Source: Isurus oxyrinchus (taxonomy: Eukaryota). Taken from it: a stretch of 64,000 nt of DNA. Every line of letters starts with the position of its first letter. Position 1 is the stretch's first letter. Positions 52,915 through 64,000 of this stretch are shown one piece after another. The DNA is taken from NCBI GenBank assembly GCA_026770705.1, contig JANJGN010000016.1, positions 85,994,001 to 86,058,000 of the forward strand, read 5' to 3'. A model generated the notes under the pieces. That model had not been told where the DNA came from. It made no database searches and saw only the letters and a list, made by a program, of their open reading frames with translations. The translations under genes and the position numbers were made by a program.

Positions 52915-53175
52915 ACAACTTGCCCCTTTCCCTGGGATCCCATGAATTTTTAATTTTCTGACCAGTCTGTCATGTGGAACCTTGTCAGAAGTCTTGCTAA
53001 AATCCTAATAGACCACATCAAACTCGCTCCCCTCATCAACCCTCCTTGTTACCTCCTCAAAAAATTCAAGCAACTTAGTCAGACACGGCCTTCCCTTAAC
53101 AAGTCCATGTTGACTGTCCTTGGTCGTATCTTTCTCAAAGATGTTTAAAATTTCCCTCAGAATATCTTCCAACAA
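52915..53175 (-). mobile_element. CR1 RT fragment
   Basis: The reverse complement matches the QHG..CLTNLLEFFEEVT..DFSKTSDKVPH region of the neighbouring copy. Confidence 0.8.
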
Positions 53176-53469
53176 TTAATATTTCCTCTCTCACTATGGC
53201 CAGAATTTTCCGGCCCCATTGGTGTCAGGTGTCATGGTGAGCAGTGGGAATAATATGGTGAGACAGCCAAAAATCTGAAACTAATGGCCCTCCTGTGGCC
53301 AGAGCGGGGTTAGAGGACATCAGGATGGGCCTCCACAGTGTCCAGAAGGCATCCCAGGAATGTGTCACTGATTTGGGGGGCTGCACTCTGCTTGGTTTTT
53401 GGGGCCAAGTCTTCACGGAGCAGCCCCCGGCTGCAAAAATTGAGAAGTGTGCGCACGGCTGCAGTTTAA

Positions 53470-54440
53470 ATACAGTGTCCAGCTTCTTCAGTGTTGTTGG
53501 AGATGCACTCATCCAGGCAAGTGGAGAGTACTCCAACACATTCCTGACTTGTGCTTTGTAGATGGTGGACAGGCTTTGGAGAGTCAGGAGGTGAGTTACT
53601 CGTCACAGGATTCCTAGCCTCTGACCTGCTCTTGTAGCCACAGTATTTATATGGCTAGTCCACTTCAGTTTCTGCTCAATGGTAACCCCCAGGACATTGA
53701 TAGTGGGGGATTGAGTCATGGTAATGCCATTGAACATCAAGGGGCGATGGTTGGGTTCTCTCTTGTTGGAAATGGTCATTGCCTGGCACTTGTGTGGCAT
53801 GTATGTTACTTGCCACTTGTCAGCCCAAGCCTGGATATTGTCCAGGTCTTGCTGCATTTGTACAGGGACTGCTGCAGTATCTGAGGTGCTGAACATTATG
53901 CAATCTTCAGCGAACACACTGACTTCTGCACTTATGATGGAAGGAAGGTCATCGATGAAGCAGCTGAAGATGGTTGGGCTGAGGACACTACCCTGAGGAA
54001 CTCCTGCAGTGATGTCCTGGAGCTGAGATGACTGACCTCCAACAACCACAACCATCTTGCTTTGTGCTAGGTATGACTCCAACCCACAGAGAGTTTTCCC
54101 CCGATTCCCTTTGACTCCAGTTTTTCTCGGGTCCTTGACACCACACAGTCAAATGCGGCCTTGATGTCTACGACAGTCACTCTCTCCTCACCTCAGGAGT
54201 TCAGCTCCACTGTCCATGTCTGAACTGAGGCTGTAATGAGGTCAGGAGCTGAGTGGCCCTGGCAGAACCCAAACTGGGCGTTAGTGAGCTGGTTATTGCT
54301 GAGCAAGTGCCACCTGATAGCACAGTTGATGATCCCTTACATCACTTACTGATGATGGAGAGTAGACTGATGGGGCGGTAATTGGCCAGGTTGGATTTGT
54401 CCTGCTTTTTGTGTACAGGACATACCTGGGCAATTTTCCA
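53470..54440 (-). mobile_element. LINE RT fragment of a second family (clade uncertain, possibly RTEX/Crack-like)
   Basis: WKIAQVCPVHKKQDKSNLANYRPISLL, GVPQGSVLSPTIFSCFIDDLP..VFAEDC..QQDLDNIQAWADKWQV, and LEYSPLAWMSASPTTLKKLDT. Confidence 0.88.
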
Positions 54441-54454
54441 GGTGTTGCTGTGTG

Positions 54455-55015
54455 CCGCACAGCAATATGGTTGGCTCTTTACTGCCCTCTGAAGTGGCCC
54501 AGCCACCACTCAGTTGTAAGAAACTTCTACATAGTCACATAAAAGGAATGAAACTGGACTGACCACCCGGTATCTACCTAGGCACCGGAAACAACAATGG
54601 CAATCTCAGCCCCGTTGACCCTGCAAAGTCCCTCTTACTAACATCTGGGGGCTAGTGCCAAACGTGGGAGAACTGTCTCACAGACCCGTCAAGCAACAGC
54701 CTGACAGAGTCATCTTCACAGAATCATACCTTACAGATAATGACCCAGACACCACCATCACCATCCCCGGGTATGTCCTGTCCCAACAGCAGGTCAGACC
54801 CAGCACAGGTGGCAACACAGTGGCATACAGTCAGTGGGGAGTTGCTCTGGGAGTCCTCAAAATCCACTCCGACACCATGAAGTCTCATGGCATCAGGTCA
54901 AACACAGGGAAGGAAACCTCCTCCTGATTACCACGTACCCCCTCCCTCAGTTGAAGAATCAGTGCCCCTCCATGTTGTACACTGCTTGGAGGAAAGACTG
55001 AGAGTGGCAAGGGCA
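54455..55015 (+). mobile_element. LINE 5' region and APE-endonuclease start, inverted relative to the adjacent RT piece
   Basis: NIWGLVPNVGELSHRPVKQQPDRVIFTESYL..IPGY..RPSTGGNTVAY contains APE endonuclease N-terminal motifs. Confidence 0.75.
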
Positions 55016-55089
55016 CAGGGGATGTAAAACGATCTTTCTCCCACCCGCCATTGCACTTTGTGCAAATCTGGGAGAATTCCGCACTGTTT

Positions 55090-55488
55090 TTATCCCATCC
55101 AATATTTCACAATTCTGCATGAAAACCTCCCACTGCTCTGACACTGATTTACCTTCATGTTGCTGTTTCCTGTCCATTTCGGCAAATCGCAGCTTAGATA
55201 AATTGGCCTTTCCCTAATTTATAACTTTTACACTTGGTCTATCTTTATCCTTTTCCATAACTGCTCTAAATCTAACTGAATTATGATCACTATTAGCCAA
55301 ATACTCTCCCACTGATACACCTTCCACCTCCCCAGATTCATTCCCTGAAATTGTCTAAAACTGCCCCTTCTCTGTTGGGTTTGTTACATTCGGGCAAAAA
55401 GAATTCACCTGGATGGATTATAAGAATTTTGCATCATCTATACATTTACACAGATTTGATCCCAGTTAATATTCGGGAAGTTGAAATA
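55090..55488 (-). mobile_element. CR1 endonuclease-region fragment ending about 45 bp upstream of the C-exon acceptor
   Basis: Aligns by eye to 44255-44640, including GAATTATGATCACT (SDHN on the minus strand). Confidence 0.8.
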
Positions 55489-55531
55489 CATTATAATGAC
55501 AGTGATTATACTTCCTTCTCTTCCATTTCAG

Positions 55532-55860
55532 GCAGAGAGAAGTCACCACCCACAGTGACCCTGCTGCCCCCCTCCCCAGAGGAGGTCAAGACCAAGGGCA
55601 CTGCCACCCTGGTGTGCCTTGCCAATCACTTCTATCCCGATGAGGTGAAGGTGGAGTGGAAGAAGGACGGTGCAGCCATTTCGGACGGGGTTCAGACCAG
55701 CAACTACCTGCGAGCTTCAGACAGCACCTACAGCGTCAGCAGCCTGCTGACCCTCTCTGGCTCCGGCTGGGAGTCCAACGCCAGCTTCTCCTGTGTCGTC
55801 ACCCACGAGAGTCTTTCCTCTCCCCTCAGCAAGAGCATCAGGAGATCAGAATGTGCGTAG
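55532..55860 (+). CDS. IGKC: Ig kappa-type constant exon, (S)REKSPPTVTLLPPSPEEV..ATLVCLANHFYP..EWKKDG..STYSVSSLLTL..FSCVVTHESLSSPLSKSIRRSECA*
   Basis: Polypyrimidine tract and TTTCAG acceptor at 55531; phase matches J (A+GC = Ser); C1-set Cys/Trp/FSCxxxH motifs, penultimate inter-chain Cys, TAG stop. The ORF-track N-terminus (55351-55531) is intronic. Confidence 0.98.
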
Positions 55861-56020
55861 AGTGTTAGAGACAGTCCACAGAGGAGATACAACTTTAAAT
55901 AGAACAGGGGTGAGCTGGGAGGGCAAAGGTCATTGTCAGCACCAAATTACAACTCTCTTCCTTCTCAAGACTGGCTCTGAGACACTTCTGAGGGTCAGGG
56001 GTTAAGGCACGTTATTGGTG

Positions 56021-56160
56021 CAGTGTACAGGGATCTTTACTCTGTATCTAACCCTGTGCTGTACCTGCCCTGGGAGTGTTTGATGGGGACAGTGTAGAGG
56101 GACCTTTACTCTGTATCTAGCCCCCTGCAGCACCTGTCCTGGGAGTGTTTGTTGGGACAG
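56021..56160. repeat. Two ~69-bp tandem units (CTTTACTCTGTATCTAACCCTGTGCTGTACCTGCCCTGGGAGTGTTTGATGGGGACAGTGTAGAGGG) in the 3' UTR
   Basis: Direct duplication visible in the sequence; I recognise the motif as a common dispersed shark repeat. Confidence 0.8.
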
Positions 56161-56359
56161 TTTAATCTCGTGATGCTAAGTTAAACCTCTCTAAGATGCT
56201 GAAGACTGTCAGCTGTACAAAAATAATGTGACCCTCCGAAGTGTCTGCTTCAGTAAACCAGACCCCTTCCTGCTCACCCTGCAGTTACAATTTAAGGTTT
56301 AGTCACTGTTTAAAGGGACAGGATTCTCATGTTCTGGAGAAAATCTCCACAAGCGTTTT

Positions 56360-56460
56360 AATAAACCTCCATTCTCCCTGTGAATTTCTCCAGCTTCCTC
56401 TGGCTGGGCTGTTTATTCAAGTCTTTTTTCTGTAAATGTCAATGTGTAAAAGGTAATAAA
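56360..56460 (+). terminator. Candidate polyadenylation signals AATAAA at 56360-56365 and 56455-56460
   Basis: Two canonical hexamers 0.5-0.6 kb after the stop codon; the second is followed by a GT-rich element. Confidence 0.7.
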
Positions 56461-56719
56461 CATTAAGAATATTCAGTCTCTGTCTGGTGAGTGCTTTGGA
56501 AATGTCCCACCTCCCCATCAGCTGATTGGCTGCATTTCAGCAAGTGATTGTCCTGATTGGCTGGTTGGCCAGTCAATCAATGACACATCTTCAGCAGATT
56601 TGGTTCAAAGCCAAGTATCAATCATTTTAAAATGATCAGTTTTATCCTGAATCTCTTGAATTTACAAGATTAAAAACAGAAAAGAATCTGGAAGTTGCTG
56701 GGATTAAATCATCACAACC

Positions 56720-58165
56720 ACAATTCCCCAAACCATATTCACGACCTCCCCGTGACCTTCCCATCTCACGTGGTCTCGCTACTCCCATAGTTTCAATCAC
56801 AGATAAGACCATCTCTGATCACTTCCTTGTATCACTCCCCACCCACATCCCCCTTCCACAGCCCAACCCTACCCCCTTCTGTATCCATCCCTGGAAAAAC
56901 CTATTCCCCAAATCACTTACAACTGCACTTTCACAATCCCAACGATCTGGTCTCTGGCCCTCCGATCACCACAACATTTCTGCAGCTACTGATTTACACA
57001 ACCTCACCCTCACCTCCACCTTTCATATCCTAGTCCCCAATAAAACCATTCCTCTCCCTCACCCTGGCCCTTCCCCCTGCTACCACCCTCATCTCCACTC
57101 ACTCAATCCAAGGGAGGCAGACTTGAAACCGGTTTATCCATCACCGCCAGATCTGGCTGGACGCTCCAAACACTCCCGGCTCCTCCTCTCATCTGCTAAA
57201 ACTGTCCCTGCTCCGTTCCCTCTGGTGTCCCCCAAGGATCGATCCTTGGCCCCTCCTATTTCTCACCTACATGCTGCCCCTCGGACACATCATCTGAAAG
57301 CATAGCGTTAGTTTTCACATGTACGCTGAAGACCCCCAGCTCTACCTCACCACCACCTCTCTCAACTCCTCCACTGTTGCTAAATTATCAGACTGCTTAT
57401 CCCACATCCTGTACTGAGTGAACAGGAATTCCTCCAATTAAATATTGGGAAGACTGAAGCCATTGTTTTCAGTCCCCACTCCAAACTCTGTTCTCTAACT
57501 CCTGACTCCATCCCTCTCCCCGGTAACAGTCTGAGATTAAACCCGTCTGTTCACAACCTTGGGGTCACATCTGACCCTGAGATGAGCTTCCGACCTCATA
57601 TTCGTGACATCAGTAAGACCGCCTATTTCCACCTCCATAACATCGCTCGACTTTACCCCAGTCTTAGCTCATCAGCTGCTGAAGCCCTCACCCATGCCTT
57701 GGTTACCTCTGGATGTGACTATTCCAATACACTCCTGGCTGCTCTCCCACATTCTACCCTCCACAATCGTGGGGTCATCCAAAACTCTGTTGCCCGTGTC
57801 CTAACTCACAGCGAGTCCTGTTCCCCTGTCACCCCTGTGCTCACTGACCGACATTGTTTCCTGGTCAAGCAACATCCTGATTTCCCAATTCCCATCCTTG
57901 TTTTCAATTCCCTCCATTACCTCACCCCTCCCTATCTCTGGAATCTCCTCCAGCCCTACAACCCTCTGAGATATCTGCACTCCTCTAATCCTGGACTCTG
58001 TTGGATTCCTGATCAGAATCGCTCCACCATTGGTGGCCCTGCCTTCAGCTGCCTGGGCCCCAAGCTCTGGAATTCCCTCCCTACACCTCTCCCCCTCTCC
58101 CCCTCACTTTCCTCCTGTAAGACACTCCTTAAAGTCCACATCTTTGGCCAAGCTTTTGGTCGTCT
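56720..58165 (+). mobile_element. Decayed L2-clade LINE
   Basis: GVPQGSILGPLLFLTYMLPLG, FHMYAEDPQLY (YADD mutated), KTAYFHLHNIARL..CDYSN and AFSCLGPKLWNSLP..KTLLKVHIF. The 5' boundary is approximate. Confidence 0.9.
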
Positions 58166-58629
58166 GATCCATTGGCCCAGAAATTCCGATCTCCGGTAGC
58201 CCGGTGGCACAGGCCAAGATGCACTGGGGAACCCCTCAGAATTCCCTACACACTGATTACAAGGGAATTATACAGGAAGTCTGAACTTCCGATGGGAAAT
58301 TACCCTGTGCCTGGATCCCTCTGAAACTCTGACTTAAAGCCCGGAGACTTCCGATCATTCCAACTTACTGATTGGAAATGTTTCCCGGGAAAGGTTGGGA
58401 GGATTAAAACCAGTTCTAACTCCTGGGTAACTAGACGACTAAAACCCCCAACCCTCAAATATACCCAGGACAACCCCCTCCGCTACCCACCTGACCTGAT
58501 GAACACCCCTGGTCCCCAATGACACCCGACCTGAGCATCAGCCCGAATGCCCCTACAGATTACCCCCTACCTCCCCAATAGCCCCCCAAGCAGCCAAGAA
58601 CCATCCAAATACAAGAACAACACCCCAGC

Positions 58630-61600
58630 CCTGACCCACCCTATCCACTCACCGCCCACCTGCCACCCTAACCACTTGCCCAATTACCTGATGCTCTACC
58701 CCCTAGCCCACCTGCCTGACACCCTATCCACTCACCCCCCCACCTGACACCCTACCCCCTCACCCACTTGCCTGACACCCTACCCCCTCACCCACTTGCC
58801 TGACACCCTACCCCCTCACCCACTTGCCTGACACCCTACCCCCTCGCCCACTTTCCTGACACCCGACTTCCTCACAAACTTACTTGACATCTACCCCCTC
58901 ACCAACTGAAGTGACACTCTGCCCCCTCACCCACTTTGCTGCCACTCTACCCCCTGGCCAACATACCTGCCACCATACCCCCTCCCCCACTTACCTCACA
59001 CACTACTACCTCACCCAATTCCCTGGCACTCTACCCCCTCACCCACTTACCTGCCACTCTATCCCCTCACCCACTTACCTGCCTCACTATCCCCTCATCC
59101 TATTGCCTGACACCATACCCTCTCACCCACTTGGCTGCCACTCTACCCACTCACCCATTTGCCTGCCACCCTACACCCTCACCCTGTCACTCTACCCACT
59201 CACCAACCTACCTGACACCCCAACCCCTCACTCACTTACCTGACATCCTACCCTCTTCACCTGACAATCTACCCGCTCGCACACTTGTCTAACACCCTGC
59301 CCACTCACCCACATATTTGCCACTCCACCCACTCACCCACTTGCCTGCCATCCTAACCCCTGGCCAAATTACCTGCCACCCTAGCCCTTCACCCACTTAC
59401 CAGCCACTCTATCACCTCGCCCACTTACCTGCCACAAGACACCCTCAACCTATTGCCTGACACCCTACCCACTCACCCACTTGCCTGCCAATCTACCACC
59501 ACACACACTTGCCTGCCACTCTACCCCCTCACCCAATTGATTGACACCCTAACTAAAGAACCTAATGCCTGACACCATACCCCCTCACCCACTGATCTGA
59601 CACAGTACCCCCTCAACTTAGTTCCTGACAATCAACCCCCTCGCCAATTGCCTGACACCCTACCACTCACCCAATTACCTGACACACTACCCACTCACCC
59701 ACTTGCCTGCCACCCCACCCACTCACCCACTTGCCTGCCACTCTAACCCTGACCCATTTACCTGACCCTCTGCTCCCTCACACAATTACCTGACACTATA
59801 TCCCCTCACCCACTTGCCTGACACCCTAATCCCTCAACCACTTCCTGACCCAGTAACCCCTTAACTACTGACTGTCATCCTACTCACTCAAGCACTTACC
59901 TGACCCTCTACCACCTCACACAAATACCTGACACACTACCACCTACCCCACTTGCCTGCCACAATAACCCCTCACCCACCTGCCTGCCACCAAAACCCCC
60001 TTGCCCACTTACCTGACACCCAATCCCCTCACCCAATTGCCTGCCACCCTACCCCCTCACTCACTTACCTGACAGTCTAACCCCTATCCCAATTGTCTGG
60101 CACAGTACCCCCATCACGCACTTATCTAATACCCTAACCCTTCACCCACTTACCTGACACACTACCCCTTCACCCACTTGGATGCCACCCTACCCTCTCA
60201 CCCACTTACCTGACACACTACCCCTTCACCCACTTGGATGCCACCCTACCCCCTCACCCACTTACCTGACACACTACCCCTTCACCCACTTGGATGCCAC
60301 CCTACCCCCTCACCCACTTACCTGACACACTACCCGCTGAACCACTTGCCTGCCACCCTACACTCACACCCACATGCCTGCCACCGTATCCCCTAACCAA
60401 ATTATCTGACACTCTACACCCTCACCCACTTACCTGACACTTTACACCCTCACCCAGTTGCATGACACTCTATCCCCTCACCCACTTGCCTGAAACCCTA
60501 CCCCCTCAGACACTTCCTGACCCACTACCCCCTCAACCACTAGCCTGCCATCCTACTCACTCAACTACTTACCTGACACTCTACCACCTCACACACTTAC
60601 CTGGCACATAACTCCCTACCCTACTTGCATGCCACAATAACCCCTCACCCACTTGCCTGCCACCAAAACCCCCTCATCCACTTACCCGACACCCAACTTC
60701 CTCACCCACTTGCCTGCCACCTTACCACCTCACTCACTTACCTGACAGTCCAGCCCCTATTCCACTTGTCTGGCACTGTACCCCCCCTCACGCACATACC
60801 TGACACACTACCCCCTCACCCACTTACCTAACACTCTACCCCCTCACCCACTTGACACACTACCCCCTCACCCACTTGCCTGTCACGCTGCTTCCTCACC
60901 CAATTGCTTCACACCCTACCCCCTCACTCACTTGCCTGCCACCCTACCCCCTCACCCAATTACCTAACATTCTATCACCTCGCCCACTTGCTTAACACTC
61001 AACCCCTTCACCCACTAGCCTGCCACAATACCCCCTCACCCTATTGCTTGACACCCTACCCACTCACCCACTTACATGCCACTCTACAACCTCACACACT
61101 TGCATGACACTGTACCCCCTCACCTATTGCCTGACACCTTACCCCCACACCCACATACCTGCCACGCTACCCCCTCACCCTATTGTCTGCCAATCTACCA
61201 ACACACACACTTGCCTGCCACTCTAACGCCTCACCCAATCGACTGACACCCTAAATCCACAACCAAATGCCTGACACTCTACCCCCTCACCCAATCGACG
61301 GACACCCTAACTCCACAACCAAATGCCTGACACTCTACCCCCTCAACTTAGTTCCTGACGAACTACCCCCTCGCCCACGTGCCCGACACTCTGCCCTCTC
61401 ACACAATTACCTGCCATTCTACGCCCTCACCCACTTGCCTGACACCCTACTCCCTCAGGCAATTCCTGACCCACTACCCCCTCAACCACTTACCTGCCAT
61501 CCAACTTACTCAACCACTTACCTGACACACCTCACACACTTACCTGACACACAACCCCTCACCCACTTACCTGCCACCCTACCCCCTCACCCACTTACCT

Positions 61601-64000
61601 GCCATTCTACCCCCTCACCCACTTGCCTGCCACCCTACCCCACTGAACCACATTCCTGCCATCTTAGACCATCACTCACTTGCCTGCCACACTATCCCCT
61701 CACCAACTTACCTGATACACTATATCCTCACCCACTAACATGACACGCTAGCCGTTCACCGACTTACCTGACACACTACCCCCTCACCCACTTGTCTGCC
61801 ACTCTACCACTTCAAACATTTGCCTGACATGCTACGCCATCACTCAATTGCCGGACCCCCTACCCCTCACAAATTTGCCTGCCTCCCTAACCCTCAACCA
61901 CTTTCCTGCCACTCTACCCCTCACCCACTTGCCTGCCACCCTACCCCTCAACAACTTGACAGCCACCCTACACCCTCACCCACTTTCCTGACACCCTACC
62001 ACCTCCCCCACTTGCCTGCCATGCTACCCCCTTGCCCTCTTGACTGCCATTCTACCCCCTCACCCACTTGCCTGCCACCCTATCCTCTCACCCACTTACC
62101 TGACCCACTACCCACTCACCCATTTGCCTGCCTCCTTATCCCCTCACTCACCAGACTGACACGCTACACACTCACCCACTTGCCTCACTCTACCCCCTCA
62201 CCCACTTACCAGATACCCTTCCCTCTCTACCACTTTCCTGACACACTGGCTCCTCACCAACTTGTCTGCCACCCTACCCCCTCACCCATTTATTGGCCAC
62301 TCTACCCCCTCGCAGACTAATCTGAAACTCTAAGCCCTCACCCACTTTGCTGCCCCATCCCACTCGCCCACTTACCTGCCACCCTAACCCCTTACCCACT
62401 GGCCTGACACCCTACACCCTCACTCACCGGCCTGAAAATCTACCACCTCACACATCTCACCTGACACACTGCCCCCTCACCCAATTACCTGGAAATCTGC
62501 TCCCTCACCCACTTACCCGCCACTCTATGACCATACCCAATTACCTGACATCCTACCCCCTCATGCACTTACATGAAACCCTACCCCCTCAACCACTTGC
62601 CAGCCACCCTACACCCTCACCCAATATCCTGACTCCACCACCTCACCCACTTCCTTGCCACCCAACCCCCAATGCCCACTTGCCTGCCATTCTAACCCCT
62701 CACCCAATTGCCTGTCACCCAATCCCTTACCCACTTACCTGACACTCTACACCCTCACCAATTACCTGACACTCTACACCCTCAAGATCTTACCTGACAC
62801 CCTACACACTCACCCACTTACCTTCCACTCAACCCACTGGCCCACTTACCTTCCACTCAACCCCATTACCCACTTACCGGCCACCCTAACCCCTCGCCAA
62901 CTTACCTGCTGCCCTATCTCCTAACCCAATTACCTGCCACTCTAACAACTCACCCACTTACCTGCCACTCTAACCCCTCACCCAATTACCTGACATTCTA
63001 TCACCTTGCCCACTTGCTTGGCACAGTACCCCCTCAACTTATTGCCTGACACCCTACCCACTCACCCACTTACATGCCACTCTACAACCTCACCCACTTG
63101 CATGACACTCTACCCCCTCAACCTATTGCCTGACACCTTACCCCCACACCCACGTACCTGCCACACTACCCCCTCACCCTATGGCCTGACACCCTACCCC
63201 CACACCCACATACCTGCCACACTAACCCCTCACCCTATTGCCTGACACCCTACCCACTCACCCACTTGCCTGCCAATCTACCAACACACACACTTGCCTG
63301 CCACTCTACCCCCTCACCCAATCGACTGACACCCTAACTCCACAATCAAATGCCTGACACTCTACCCCCTCAACTTAGTTCCTGACAATATACCCCCTCG
63401 CCCACTTGCCTGACACCCTACCCCCTCAGGCACTTCCTGACCCACGATCCCCTAAACCACTTGCCTGCCATCCTACTCACTCAACCACTTACCTGACACT
63501 CTGACACCTCACAAACTTACCTGACACATGACTCCCTACCCCACTCGCCTGTCACAATAACCCCTCACCCACTTGCCTGCCACCTTACCCCCTCACTCAC
63601 TTACCTGACAGTCTAACCCCCCACTCACTTGCCTGCCACTTTGCCCCCTCATCCACTTACCTGACAGTCCAACACCTATCCCACTTGTCTGGCACTGTAC
63701 CCCCCCTCACCCACTTACCTAACACCCTACCCCCTCACCCACTTACCTAACACCCTACCCCCTCACCCACTTACCTAACACCCTACCCCCTCACCCACTT
63801 ACCTAACACCCTACCCCCTCACCCACTTGCCTGCCACCCTACCCCCTCACCCACTTACCTGACTATCTAACCTATCGCCCACTTTCCTGACTCCTGGCAA
63901 TCTCACAAACTTACTTGACAACAACCCCCTCACCAACTGAAGTGACACACTGCCCCCTCACCCACATACCTACCAACCTATCCCCTGGCCAACATAACTG
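58630..64000. repeat. Degenerate 28-bp C-rich tandem repeat (CACCCTACCCCCTCACCCACTTGCCTGA), >5 kb, open at the window end
   Basis: Near-perfect units at 58744, 58772 and 58800 and at 63720-63830; diverged units elsewhere. Confidence 0.95.

Noticed and set aside
40610-58165. Active retrotransposon or domesticated RT gene
   Set aside because: All LINE pieces are truncated and frameshifted, and the catalytic motifs are mutated (FTGD, FAED, YAED).
58547-63245. Pro/His/Thr-rich extensin-like ORFs
   Set aside because: These are translations of the degenerate C-rich 28-bp repeat in inconsistent frames.

Overview
Eukaryotic DNA, almost certainly from a cartilaginous fish (shark-type Ig cluster organisation and repeat families). 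Bases 1-37,894 are one head-to-tail 36-bp satellite of about 1,050 monomers with higher-order block duplications; all the long ORFs in that part of the ORF track are repeat by-products, not genes. After a 55-bp minisatellite and a 194-N gap, the window holds one complete, unrearranged, apparently intact kappa-type Ig light-chain minicluster on the + strand. It comprises a promoter (variant octamer, TATA), leader exon 46722-46770, V 46957-47248 with a perfect 12-RSS, J 49818-49852 with a 23-RSS, C exon 55532-55860 and poly(A) signals. It sits among decayed CR1, L2 and other LINE fragments and a DeuSINE-like SINE, and is followed by a >5 kb C-rich/G-rich 28-bp degenerate repeat. The most unusual observation is that the 2.5-kb V-J interval is almost entirely two tandem arrays. 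One of them (61 bp, about 21 copies) is in register with the V 12-RSS and looks like an amplified, decayed copy of it. All family assignments are by recognition of motifs; no database search was run.
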